This document shows, one piece after another, positions 1-9,056 of a stretch of DNA of 64,000 nucleotides (position 1 is its first letter; each line of letters starts with the position of its first letter). The translations under genes were made by a program, and so were the position numbers. This DNA is from Bacillota bacterium. Its GTDB lineage: Bacteria > Bacillota > Clostridia > Acetivibrionales > DTU013. The stretch is taken from the NCBI GenBank assembly GCA_023411715.1, contig JAEYOM010000076.1, positions 12,995 to 76,994 on the forward strand, given 5' to 3'. The notes beneath the pieces are model-generated. The model did no database searches. It saw only the letters and a list, made by a program, of their open reading frames with translations, and was not told the origin of the DNA.

Positions 1-624
1 TCACATATTACTGCCGTACGGGAACGGTACCGGGACAAATTGAAGGTATTGACCGCAGTTGAAGTCGGAATACAGCCGCATGTGCTTGCCGAATCTCTGG
101 ACGTGGTCAGGAGCCATCCCTTCGACTACGTGCTTGCTTCCATCCATATCATAGACAGGCTCGATCCTTATAAAGGAGATTATTACAGGAACAAGACCAA
201 GGCGGAAGCCTATGAGCGTTATCTGCAGGAAATTCTGTTCATGATCAGGAATTTCAGATCGTTCGATATGGTAGGGCACTTTGAGTATATTATACGTTAT
301 GCCGGTTATCCTGACAGGACATTAAGATATGCTGAACACTCTGATACGTTTGATGCGATAATGAAGGAACTGATCGGCAGCGGACGTGGCTTCGAGCTGA
401 ATACGGGCACTTACAGGAACGCTTCTTCCGGTATCGAATACGATATTGAAGTGCTCAAACGCTACAGAAGCCTGGGAGGCGAATTGATATGCCTGAGCTC
501 CGACGCACACAGGACCGAACATATAGCGATGAGATTCGATCATTATGCACAAATGCTGCACGACGCCGGATTCAGATATACCGTTCATTTTGAAGGAAGA
601 AAACCCGTTTTCGATAAGCTTTAA
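1..624 (+). CDS. Histidinol-phosphatase-like PHP/HisJ family protein (5' end outside window)
   Basis: Frame 1 is open from base 1, upstream of the listed M at 40. The C-terminal part (LASIHIIDRLDPY, SSDAHRTEHI) resembles PHP-domain HisJ-type phosphatases. Stop at 622-624 is followed by a hairpin terminator. Confidence 0.7.
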   Translation, partial: SHITAVRERYRDKLKVLTAVEVGIQPHVLAESLDVVRSHPFDYVLASIHIIDRLDPYKGDYYRNKTKAEAYERYLQEILFMIRNFRSFDMVGHFEYIIRYAGYPDRTLRYAEHSDTFDAIMKELIGSGRGFELNTGTYRNASSGIEYDIEVLKRYRSLGGELICLSSDAHRTEHIAMRFDHYAQMLHDAGFRYTVHFEGRKPVFDKL

Positions 625-626
625 AA

Positions 627-663
627 TAAAAATCGCAGACGTATCGATCGCCTGCGATTTTTG
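627..663. terminator. Bidirectional intrinsic terminator between convergent hisJ-like and mnmA
   Basis: AAAAATCGCAG-loop-CTGCGATTTTT: 8-bp stem (631-638 / 652-659) flanked by an A-run and a T-run. Confidence 0.6.
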
Positions 664-733
664 ACAAGCATGCTTATTGCGCCCAGCATATAAGCGTTTT
701 TCCCATGAATGAAAAACTGCGGGATCGGCAGTT

Positions 734-1828
734 CTAAGTATCGATAGAGTTCTCTATAACCCCTCCGCCGACAACCACTCCGCCGTCATAGAAGACGACC
801 GATTGGCCCGGTGTGATCGCACGCTGCGGTTCATCGAACGCAACTTTGACCCTGCCGTCCGGCAAAGGGCTGATTTTGGCAGGCGCTTCTTTTGCCGAGT
901 ATCTTATTTTGGCACTGACTTTCATATCCCCCATAAGCCCGGGTATGGAGATGAAATTCAGATCCGCTGCCGTAAGACCGCCTGAAAATACTTCTGTTTC
1001 TTCACCTAGGACCACAGTATTGTCATCAGGTTTGACAGCCACAACAAACATAGGCTTGCCGAAAGAAATCCCAAGGCCTTTCCTCTGTCCTACCGTATAA
1101 TGGATTATACCCTTATGCATTCCAAGCTTTTTTCCGTTTCTATCGACAAACCACCCCGGCTTGATATCGGCATCGGTATTCTCGCTGATATAACGCCCGT
1201 AATCATTATCTTCGACAAAGCATATCTCCTGGCTGTCCGGCTTGTTTGCAACAGGCAGCTCCAATTCCCTTGCGATCTGCCTTACCTTGTCCTTTTCGAA
1301 ATCTCCTATCGGGAATAAAGTCCTGGACAGCTGATCCTGTGTTAATGTATAAAGCGCATAAGTCTGATCTTTAGCCGCCGTCACCGACTTTTCGAGTTGG
1401 AATCTTCCCGTATCGTCATTATAGCCTATACGGGCGTAATGACCCGTTGCTACATAATCCATGCCCATAGAAACCGCCTTCTGAAGCATCGCTTCAAATT
1501 TTACAAAGCGGTTGCAGGCTATACAGGGATTCGGAGTTCTGCCCTTCAGGTATTCCTTATTGAAATAATCGATGACCTTATCCTGAAAAATATCCTTGAA
1601 ATTAAGTACATAATATTTGATGCCAAGCTTATCTGCGACGCGTCTGGCATCATTGACGGCAGAAAGCGAACAGCAGCCGCCTTCGGTCTGCTTCCGCTCC
1701 TCCTCCATATCGGGCCATATCTGAAGAGTCACACCTACTACTTCGAAACCCTTCTCCTTTAAGACGGCGGCGGCAACAGAACTGTCAACACCGCCGCTCA
1801 TTCCAAGCATTACGCTCTTTTTCGGCAT
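734..1828 (-). CDS. mnmA: tRNA 2-thiouridine(34) synthase MnmA
   Basis: 364 aa with PP-loop SGGVDSS near the N-terminus and catalytic Cys regions. Full-length MnmA/TrmU-like, last gene of the nifS-nifU cluster. Confidence 0.93.
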   Translation of the reverse strand: MPKKSVMLGMSGGVDSSVAAAVLKEKGFEVVGVTLQIWPDMEEERKQTEGGCCSLSAVNDARRVADKLGIKYYVLNFKDIFQDKVIDYFNKEYLKGRTPNPCIACNRFVKFEAMLQKAVSMGMDYVATGHYARIGYNDDTGRFQLEKSVTAAKDQTYALYTLTQDQLSRTLFPIGDFEKDKVRQIARELELPVANKPDSQEICFVEDNDYGRYISENTDADIKPGWFVDRNGKKLGMHKGIIHYTVGQRKGLGISFGKPMFVVAVKPDDNTVVLGEETEVFSGGLTAADLNFISIPGLMGDMKVSAKIRYSAKEAPAKISPLPDGRVKVAFDEPQRAITPGQSVVFYDGGVVVGGGVIENSIDT

Positions 1829-1835
1829 TCCTCAC

Positions 1836-2282
1836 CTATTCCTCATCATCCGATAAACGGTGTATGTCTTCACATCTGTTGCAGCAGCCGGCGCATTCGC
1901 TGCCTTCTTCAAGCAGCCCGTTTTTCTTTTTGTAATCATCTATCGCTGCCCTTATCGCTTCCTCGGCAAGATTCGAACAGTGCATTTTTACGGGCGGCAG
2001 TCCGTCAAGCGCTTCCGCTACAGCCTGGTTCGTTATCTTCAATGCTTCGTCAACAGTTTTTCCCTTTACAAGCTCTGTAGCCATGCTGCTTGTTGCGACA
2101 GCCGCGCCGCACCCGAAGGTTTTGAACTTGGCGTCGACGATAACGTTATCTTCTATTTTAAGATACATTTTCATGATATCTCCGCATTTCGGATTTCCAA
2201 CCTGGCCTACGCCATCAGCTTCATTTATTTCTCCAACATTTCTTGGATTAGTGAAATGATCCATTACTTTTTCGCTATACAT
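1836..2282 (-). CDS. nifU: Fe-S cluster scaffold protein NifU/IscU type, with extra Cys-rich acidic tail
   Basis: Scaffold motifs GNPKCGD, FKTFGCGAA, MHCS. Start moved to ATG 2282 (MYSEKVMDHF) behind GGAAAGAGGG. The longer listed ORF (to 2381) overlaps the nifS 3' end. Confidence 0.9.
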   Translation of the reverse strand: MYSEKVMDHFTNPRNVGEINEADGVGQVGNPKCGDIMKMYLKIEDNVIVDAKFKTFGCGAAVATSSMATELVKGKTVDEALKITNQAVAEALDGLPPVKMHCSNLAEEAIRAAIDDYKKKNGLLEEGSECAGCCNRCEDIHRLSDDEE

Positions 2283-2362
2283 GATTATCCCTCTTTCCAA
2301 GGCCTTCAGCCTCACTGTACGTTTTGTTTCCCTCTTGTAAAGTTGTGTTTTTCCTATTCCTT

Positions 2363-3547
2363 TTATTGTTTTCTCTTGCAAAATGCCTCATATAGCGGCG
2401 ACATTTCTCTAAGCCTCTGAACTATAGGCGGCAGTACCTCCATCAGGTAATCCACGTCGGCGTCCGAGTTATCATCGCCGAAAGTGATCCTGAGTGAACC
2501 ATGCGCTATCTCGTGCGGGAGCCCGATAGCCAGCAGCACGTGCGACGGGTCCAGTGAACCCGAAGTGCAGGCCGAGCCGCTCGAAGCAGCTATACCCTTC
2601 ATGTCCAGCATCAGCAGTAGCGATTCTCCTTCAATGAACTCAAACGAGAAATTTACATTGCCTGGCAGCCGCTTTGTCCTGTGTCCGTTGAGCTTTATAA
2701 ACGGTATTTGTTTCTGGATCTCCTCTATGGTCCTGTCTCTCAGGGAAACAAGCTTTTTATTGTACTGTTCCATGTTTTCGGAGGCTATCTCGAGTGCTTT
2801 AGCGATACCAACGATAGCTGCGACATTTTCCGTACTTGCCCTCCTGCCTCTTTCCTGTGCTCCGCCGTGCATGAACGAAGTCATCTTGACTCCTTTTCTA
2901 ACGTATAGGGCGCCGATGCCCTTCGGCCCATAGAATTTATGCGACGACATCGAGAGTAAGTCAACGTTCAGTTCTTCAACATTTATATTTACATTTCCCA
3001 TTGCCTGAACAGCATCGGTGTGGAAATATACGCCCTTTTCTTTTGCTATTTTACCGATTTCAGCAATAGGCTGTATCGTACCTATTTCATTGTTTGCAAA
3101 CATGACCGAGATGAGGATGGTATCAGGCCTAATAGCCTCTCTTACCTGTTCCGCCGTAACAAGTCCGTCCGGATCCACCGGCAGGTAAGTCACCTCGAAA
3201 CCTTCGCTTTCAAGGTATTGACAGGTATGCAGCACGGCAGGGTGTTCAATGGCTGTCGTAATGATATGCTTGCCCTTCTGCCTGTTTGCATATGCTACGC
3301 CCTTGATCGCCCAGTTATCCGCTTCGGTGCCCGATCCCGTAAAGAAGATCTCCCTCGGTTGAGCCCCGATCATTCTTGCAACGGTCTCCCTGGATTCCTC
3401 GATGGCTTTTTTGCTTTCCCGGCCAATGGAATATATTGATGAAGGATTTCCGTATTTCTGCGTGAAATATGGCAGCATTGCCTCCACTACCTCGGTCCGT
3501 ACCGGTGTGGTCGCTGCGTGATCAAAATAAATCATTCTGTCGCTCAT
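2363..3547 (-). CDS. nifS: Cysteine desulfurase NifS/IscS type
   Basis: PLP-Lys motif SSHKFYGPKG and active-site loop SSGSACTSG. Start set to ATG 3547 (AAGGAG 8 nt upstream) rather than GTG 3553. Confidence 0.93.
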   Translation of the reverse strand: MSDRMIYFDHAATTPVRTEVVEAMLPYFTQKYGNPSSIYSIGRESKKAIEESRETVARMIGAQPREIFFTGSGTEADNWAIKGVAYANRQKGKHIITTAIEHPAVLHTCQYLESEGFEVTYLPVDPDGLVTAEQVREAIRPDTILISVMFANNEIGTIQPIAEIGKIAKEKGVYFHTDAVQAMGNVNINVEELNVDLLSMSSHKFYGPKGIGALYVRKGVKMTSFMHGGAQERGRRASTENVAAIVGIAKALEIASENMEQYNKKLVSLRDRTIEEIQKQIPFIKLNGHRTKRLPGNVNFSFEFIEGESLLLMLDMKGIAASSGSACTSGSLDPSHVLLAIGLPHEIAHGSLRITFGDDNSDADVDYLMEVLPPIVQRLREMSPLYEAFCKRKQ

Positions 3548-3645
3548 GTTCACAACTCCTTTATTTACTGTACACCGCCGAAACAGTGCATTCGTTTTTA
3601 TTCTTTTCCATCTTCGCGGTCTTTTAAACTACTCTAAGATTCCGG

Positions 3646-4095
3646 TTATATATAAAACATGCTGTCTTCATGGCTTTTGCTTTTGTTGAAATCATCAGCA
3701 AGCTGCTTCAACGAAATACCGTCCGTTACACTGTCGATACCTTCCTGTATCTTCTGCCAGACGCTTTTCGTGATGCAGCAGTTATAGCTGCTGCTGCAGT
3801 GTTCACCATGCTCGGCTGCACATTCGTTAGATACCAGCGGTCCCTCGAGCGCCCGTAATATATCTCCGACAGTTATTTTTTCAGGATCTTCCGCTAAAGT
3901 GTAACCTCCCTGTGATCCCCGCACGCTCTTTACAAGCTTCGCTTTTTTCAAAACTGCAAACAACTGTTCAAGATAATTTTCCGATAAGCCCTGTCTTTCC
4001 GCTATGCTTTTCAAAACTACCTGTCCTTCATTATTGTGAACAGCCAGGTCAAGCATTGCTTTTAATCCATATCTGCCCTTTGTTGAAAACTTCAT
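3646..4095 (-). CDS. Rrf2-family transcriptional regulator (IscR/CymR-like)
   Basis: N-terminal wHTH MKFSTKGRYGLKAMLDLA and a Cys cluster in the C-terminal half. First gene of the nifS-nifU-mnmA cluster. Confidence 0.88.
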   Translation of the reverse strand: MKFSTKGRYGLKAMLDLAVHNNEGQVVLKSIAERQGLSENYLEQLFAVLKKAKLVKSVRGSQGGYTLAEDPEKITVGDILRALEGPLVSNECAAEHGEHCSSSYNCCITKSVWQKIQEGIDSVTDGISLKQLADDFNKSKSHEDSMFYI

Positions 4096-4310
4096 TCCAT
4101 CGCCTCCACATCAGTTCAATTTCCAACTGATTCGCTCCGGATTAATTCCGAGGATTTTACTTGGTTTTCAATTATAAAGATATCACTATGATTTACCGTT
4201 GTCAACTAAATTATTTATTAACCACTGGACGGTTTTTTGCTCTACTTTCTGCAAAAAGTGAAACAAGAGAACCGTCCCTGCGCCCCATACGTCCCACCTG
4301 CGTCCCATCT

Positions 4311-5558
4311 TTACCCTATTACCGGCAGCGTTGAGCCTCCGTGAGGCATGAGAAGCACGCGGGCGTCCGTCCCAAGCTTGCCGAAAGCTTTTGCAAGAGC
4401 ATCCTCCATGCTGCCAAACGGCTCCATATAAAGCTTTTCTGACATCTCCGCCGGCATTTCTGACACAATGAAAATCCTTGCCTTTTTTTCGACCAGTGCA
4501 ATTGCCGCGGCCTTGTGACCTCCCAGCTCAAAATTGTTCCTTATCTTTGTTACGAGGTCATCCGGAGATACAGATTCCTTGATCCACCTTTCGAAGACCG
4601 ATTCTCCGTAGCCTTCTGTGCAGGCGGCCAGCAGGATTATGATACCGCCGTCCCTCACGGCATGTTTGGCGTTATCCAGTGCTTTCTGCGCCTGGTAGAG
4701 GTTTATGTCCTTCGGGAATCCTCCCGGCGTAGTTATAACGATATCGGCCTTTTGAGGTATCTTTACCTTGTAGAGGCCGTCAAGAAAACGGCAGCCCACC
4801 CTGTGCGCCTCCGCATGATGTCCTGCGACTGCTTTTATAATCCTCTTGTTTTCATCCAAAACGACATTAAGTATGAAATCTATCGGAACGAACCTGACTA
4901 CCTCTTCTATGTCCTGCCTTACAGGATTGTCGTCGATAGCGCCGGCCCTTGCCGCGTCCCTGACCATTCCGCTGTGGTTGGCCTGTATCGCCGCCCTTGT
5001 GGAAACGCCGGGCATAACAGCCTTTGCGCCGCCGCTGTATCCGGCAAAGTAATGATATTCGATATTTCCCAGGCATATTACCCTGTCCGCACCGGCCACC
5101 TCTTCGAATATTCCGACCGGAGTACCGGAGGATGTCGTACCGAGCATTTTGCAGCGTTTTACATCGCTGTCGACACATCTTACTCTATTATATATTTCTT
5201 CTCCGACAAGGTATTTTTTTTCGTCTTCAGAATGCTTCCTATGGCTTCCGAGCGCAAAGACCACGGTTATATCGTCAGGCTTGACACCTGCCTGTGCCAG
5301 TTCTTCCATGATCGGAGGAAGCACGATCCTGCTCGGCATTGGCCTTGTGATATCGCTTGTGATTATGACTATCTTCTCGCCGGATTTGACGATCGTCGAA
5401 AGCCTGCCGGTCCCGATAGGATCTTTCAGAGCGCGGATAACTTCGTCCGCACCTGTAAGCTCAGTTTTAACGCTGTTCTGGCTGAGTTCCGCCATAATGT
5501 TTTTATCATCGATGTCAAATTCCCTGAAGCTTTTTCCAAAGCCGTATCTAAAGTGCAT
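4311..5558 (-). CDS. larA: LarA-like protein (DUF2088, nickel-pincer-dependent lactate racemase family)
   Basis: 415 aa with overall LarA_N/LarA_C-like layout (ITRPMP, GSHRKH, YSGGAK segments). The symbol indicates the family only. Confidence 0.7.
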   Translation of the reverse strand: MHFRYGFGKSFREFDIDDKNIMAELSQNSVKTELTGADEVIRALKDPIGTGRLSTIVKSGEKIVIITSDITRPMPSRIVLPPIMEELAQAGVKPDDITVVFALGSHRKHSEDEKKYLVGEEIYNRVRCVDSDVKRCKMLGTTSSGTPVGIFEEVAGADRVICLGNIEYHYFAGYSGGAKAVMPGVSTRAAIQANHSGMVRDAARAGAIDDNPVRQDIEEVVRFVPIDFILNVVLDENKRIIKAVAGHHAEAHRVGCRFLDGLYKVKIPQKADIVITTPGGFPKDINLYQAQKALDNAKHAVRDGGIIILLAACTEGYGESVFERWIKESVSPDDLVTKIRNNFELGGHKAAAIALVEKKARIFIVSEMPAEMSEKLYMEPFGSMEDALAKAFGKLGTDARVLLMPHGGSTLPVIG

Positions 5559-5645
5559 AACATACCTCCGTCACAAACGCTGCTTCCTGCTATGTCTTTT
5601 TGCATTCGCTATTAAAAGTTATTTTTCATTTTTGAAGACTGTCCA

Positions 5646-5939
5646 TTATTTAGTTTTGCCCTCATCGGTCTCTTTTTCGTAGTCAGCTTTATCCATTACA
5701 TCCCCGGCAGTATTCAGCGCATCGGCGTCATTATTATCGCCGGCGGCGTGATCCTGTTCGGCCCCTTTATCTGTAAACATCATTTTACCGTTTGTAAGCA
5801 CGAAGAAAATAATAATCACTACATAAACCGCAGCGCTTATCTGCCAGTAAAAGTGAAATATCGCCATATTCAGCAGCAGCAGTACGAAACCGGCCAAAAT
5901 AATCCATGCCAGAATCCTCTTTACCGTCTTACCCTTCAA
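5646..5939 (-). CDS. Small membrane protein with acidic C-terminal tail, unknown function
   Basis: Two hydrophobic helices (ILAWIILAGFVLLLL, AAVYVVIIIFFVL). I prefer in-frame TTG 5939 (GAAAGGAAG 9 nt upstream, just after the rarA stop) over the listed ATG 6023, which overlaps rarA by 68 nt. Start uncertain. Confidence 0.45.
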   Translation of the reverse strand: MKGKTVKRILAWIILAGFVLLLLNMAIFHFYWQISAAVYVVIIIFFVLTNGKMMFTDKGAEQDHAAGDNNDADALNTAGDVMDKADYEKETDEGKTK

Positions 5940-5955
5940 TATCTTACACTTCCTT

Positions 5956-7245
5956 TCAGCTGTTTCTGAACCGTTCAAGCCATTCCCTGATCCTGCTTTC
6001 GTAACCGTTGGAGGTTGGCTCATAATATATCGTCCCCTTCATTTCGTCGGGGAAGAATTCCTGTTTCACTATATTTCCGGGATAATCATGCGCATACTTG
6101 TAACCTGCACCGTAACCCTGCTCCGCCATGCCTCTGACAGGCGCGTTCCGAAGATGCATCGGCACTTCGCCCGTACGCTTTGTTTCGACGTCCTGCATAG
6201 CTTTTCCAAGCGCCTTATAACAGGAATTCGACTTGGGACTCGTTGCAACCATCACAGCCGCGTGCGCAAGCAGCAGCCTGGCTTCGGGCATGCCTATCAT
6301 ATGTATGCCTTCCGCGGCGGCAACAGCGACCTGCAGCGCAGTCGGATTTGCCATTCCCACGTCCTCCGAAGCGCAGATGATAATCCTGCGGATAAGAAAT
6401 TCAGGGTCTTCTCCGGCATACAGCGCCCTTGCAAGATAAAACAGAGCGGCGTCAGGATTGCTGCCTCTCATCGATTTTATAAAAGCGCTTATATTGTCGT
6501 AATGGGCTTCTCCGGATTTATCGAATGTGATCGCTTTCCTCTGCACACATTCCTCTATCGTTTTTACGGTTATATGGATATGTCCGTCGCTCTCCAGTTC
6601 AGAAGTTACTGCTGCGAGTTCTATTGCATTCAACGCGATCCTGGCGTCGCCGTTTGACACCTCCGCAAGGTAGGCAACCGCGTTATCGTCGGTTATGAGG
6701 TCATAGCCTCCAAGCCCTCGCTCATTATCAGAAAGAGCCGATCTCAAGATAACTTCTATATCAGCCTTGTTGAGAGGCTTCAGCATAAAGACCGACGATC
6801 GCGAAATCAAGGCTTTGTTGACTTCAAAATACGGATTTTCCGTGGTTGCACCGATTAGCACTATCGTGCCGTTTTCAACAAAAGGCAGAAGCGCGTCCTG
6901 CTGCGCTTTGTTAAAGCGGTGGATTTCGTCTATGAAAAGAACAGTCCTGCCGCTTGGATTCAGCATAAGGTTCTGCGTGTCGGAGACGATCCTCTTTATA
7001 TCCGCAACACCTGCTGTCACAGCATTCAACTTTTCAAAATTGGACGCTGTGGTAGAAGCTATGATCCTTGCGAGCGATGTCTTTCCCGTTCCGGGAGGAC
7101 CATACAGTATGATCGAAGAGATCCTGTCCGCCTTGATCATCCTGTAAAGCATTTTACCCTTGCCCGTTATATGCTCCTGCCCGACGAATTCTTCAATTGT
7201 ACGCGGGCTCATCCTATAAGCGAGCGGTTCTTTTCTGTCAGGCAT
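5956..7245 (-). CDS. rarA: Replication-associated recombination protein A (AAA+ MgsA/RarA)
   Basis: Walker A GPPGTGKTS, Walker B FIDEIHR, MgsA C-terminal domain; 429 aa. Confidence 0.92.
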   Translation of the reverse strand: MPDRKEPLAYRMSPRTIEEFVGQEHITGKGKMLYRMIKADRISSIILYGPPGTGKTSLARIIASTTASNFEKLNAVTAGVADIKRIVSDTQNLMLNPSGRTVLFIDEIHRFNKAQQDALLPFVENGTIVLIGATTENPYFEVNKALISRSSVFMLKPLNKADIEVILRSALSDNERGLGGYDLITDDNAVAYLAEVSNGDARIALNAIELAAVTSELESDGHIHITVKTIEECVQRKAITFDKSGEAHYDNISAFIKSMRGSNPDAALFYLARALYAGEDPEFLIRRIIICASEDVGMANPTALQVAVAAAEGIHMIGMPEARLLLAHAAVMVATSPKSNSCYKALGKAMQDVETKRTGEVPMHLRNAPVRGMAEQGYGAGYKYAHDYPGNIVKQEFFPDEMKGTIYYEPTSNGYESRIREWLERFRNS

Positions 7246-7452
7246 AATTCCTCGTTCTCCTTGTTAAATAAACGGCGGAATAATATACAGACAAGACGCC
7301 GGTCTGAAAGGATCGGCACCCTGTCTGTACATTTTTGTACATATTTATTTTACTATAAAACTACTTGTCTGCAAAGCAGATATACCCTGATAAATTGCTT
7401 CGTAATACAGAAACATCTATCTCTGCCATTGCTGTCAATACGGCCAGTCATA

Positions 7453-8688
7453 TCAGTACAGCGGATACTTCATGCAAAGGGCTGCAACGCTGCTTCTGAC
7501 TTTATCGGCCGAGTTTTCAAAATCTGTTAGCGTAAGCCTGATCAGTCCGGCTATTTCCTTCATATCGGCTTCCTTCATGCCCCTGGTGGTCAGTGCGGGC
7601 GTACCGATTCTAATTCCGCTGGTAATCGACGGTTTTTGCTTGTCAAAGGGTATGGCATTCTTGTTTACGGTGATACCTACTTCATCAAGCCAGAGCTGCG
7701 CCTGTTTGCCTGTAACATCAACATTGGTCAGGTCGACCAGCATCAGGTGGTTGTCCGTGCCTCCCGAAACGAGCTTAAAGCCTTCATCTATCATTGCCTG
7801 GGCAAGCGCCTTGGCATTTTTGACTATCTGCTGCTGATAAGTCTTGAATTCAGGGCTCAAGGCTTCCTTGAAGCTTACGGCCTTCGCAGCTATTACATGC
7901 ATGAGGGGTCCGCCCTGTGTTCCCGGGAATATTGCCGAATCGATAGCCTTGGCGTATTCCTCCCTGCACATTATCATACCGCCTCTCGGGCCTCTGAGTG
8001 TTTTATGTGTAGTTGTCGTGACAAAATCCGCATATGGGACGGGACTCGGGTGAAGCCCGGCAGCAACAAGACCTGCTATGTGCGCCATATCGACCATCAG
8101 GTATGAACCCGCTTCCTTCGCGATCTCACTGAATGCCTTGAAATCGATGATCCTGGGATAAGCGCTCGCTCCTGCGACGATTATTTTGGGCCTGATCTCC
8201 CTGGCCTTGCTCAAAAGCGCATCGTAATCTATATAACCGTTATCCTCCCTGACCTGATAGAATTCGGATTTGTAGTACTTACCGGAAATGTTCTTTTTCA
8301 TTCCGTGGCTCAGATGGCCGCCGTGCGCAAGATCCAAGCCGAGTATCGTATCGCCCGGGTCCAGCATCGCAAAGTATACGGCCGAGTTCGCCTGAGCGCC
8401 CGAATGCGGCTGGACGTTGACATGATCCGCGCCGAACAATTCCTTCGCTCTGTCTATTGCCAGCTGTTCTACTACGTCGACAAATTCGCACCCCCCGTAA
8501 TAACGTTTGCCGGGATATCCTTCCGCATATTTATTGGTAAGGGGCGTCCCCAGAGCCTGAAGGACCGCTTCGCTTACAAAATTCTCGGAAGCTATCATTT
8601 CAAGCTTGTTCCTTTGCCTGTTCACTTCTTTTTCGATACTTTCCGCCACTTCTGGATCAATCTTCTTTATAAGATCTACCTGATACAT
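7453..8688 (-). CDS. glyA: Serine hydroxymethyltransferase
   Basis: 411 aa with PLP-Lys motif [14 protein letters not shown]; full-length SHMT. Confidence 0.96.
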   Translation of the reverse strand: MYQVDLIKKIDPEVAESIEKEVNRQRNKLEMIASENFVSEAVLQALGTPLTNKYAEGYPGKRYYGGCEFVDVVEQLAIDRAKELFGADHVNVQPHSGAQANSAVYFAMLDPGDTILGLDLAHGGHLSHGMKKNISGKYYKSEFYQVREDNGYIDYDALLSKAREIRPKIIVAGASAYPRIIDFKAFSEIAKEAGSYLMVDMAHIAGLVAAGLHPSPVPYADFVTTTTHKTLRGPRGGMIMCREEYAKAIDSAIFPGTQGGPLMHVIAAKAVSFKEALSPEFKTYQQQIVKNAKALAQAMIDEGFKLVSGGTDNHLMLVDLTNVDVTGKQAQLWLDEVGITVNKNAIPFDKQKPSITSGIRIGTPALTTRGMKEADMKEIAGLIRLTLTDFENSADKVRSSVAALCMKYPLY

Positions 8689-8717
8689 CTTTCTACCTCC
8701 GTAATCTCTTATGTACT

Positions 8718-8751
8718 AAAAATATTAAAGGCCAAATCTTTCGATTTGACC
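8718..8751 (-). terminator. Intrinsic terminator (expression platform of the glyA leader)
   Basis: Minus strand GGUCAAAUC-GAAA-GAUUUGGCC (9 bp, GNRA loop) followed by UUUAAUAUUUUU, about 30 nt before the glyA ATG. Confidence 0.75.
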
Positions 8752-8788
8752 TCTGAAAAGTAATATTGTTCTATTCAATATACCCGTA

Positions 8789-8867
8789 CTCTGTCCTTTT
8801 GCCTGAGAGATTATTCCCGCTGTTAACGGAAATTTGCCCCTTCGGCGCCATGACGGTCTCTCCAGAG
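8789..8867 (-). promoter_or_regulatory. Glycine riboswitch aptamer (gcvT-type)
   Basis: Minus-strand RNA 8867->8789 reads CUCUGGAGAGACCGUCAUGGCGCCGAAGGGGCAAAUUUCCGUUAACAGCGGGAAUAAUCUCUCAGGCAAAAGGACAGAG. It has P1 CUCUG/CAGAG and the conserved GGAGAG, CGCCGAAGGGGCAA and CUCUCAGGCAAAAGGAC cores of the glycine aptamer. Confidence 0.85.
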
Positions 8868-9023
8868 GTGCGTCCCGTTACAGTCGACCCCTCGGGATCT
8901 TCCATAACGATCGTCCGCAATATTTAATTCATGGGTGCGCCGGTGTTGTTAATGGGACATAGCGCGGTCTTGCTACAAAATCTGGGGTGCTCGACGCACT
9001 CGGGATTTTATTTCACCGTATTG

Positions 9024-9052
9024 ATTATAAACATTCAAAAAAAGTATGTCAA
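9024..9052 (-). promoter_or_regulatory. Sigma-A-type promoter of the glyA leader
   Basis: Minus strand TTGACA (9052-9047), 17-nt spacer, TATAAT (9029-9024). The predicted leader is about 330 nt. Confidence 0.65.
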
Positions 9053-9056
9053 GTTA

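Noticed and set aside
4515-5615. Long antisense ORFs opposite well-supported genes. Examples: 4515-5615, 36679-37596, 38650-39741, 41996-43003, 43265-44140, 44735-45751, 57747-58649, 59036-59890.
   Set aside because: Each lies entirely within, and antisense to, a gene with strong family motifs. Their translations are low-complexity with no recognisable motifs or SDs. This is the typical shadow-frame effect of codon bias.
8780-9016. 6S RNA, ZTP (pfl) or THF riboswitch in the GC-rich region upstream of glyA.
   Set aside because: I first read the long imperfect pairing as 6S-like, and GGGGTCGACTG as ZTP-like. However, the ZTP cores (GGGUCGUGACUGGCG ... CCGCCUGGGC) and the THF cores are not present on the glyA strand. 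Bases 8867-8789 match the glycine aptamer cores nearly perfectly, and the region lies inside a promoter-to-terminator leader.
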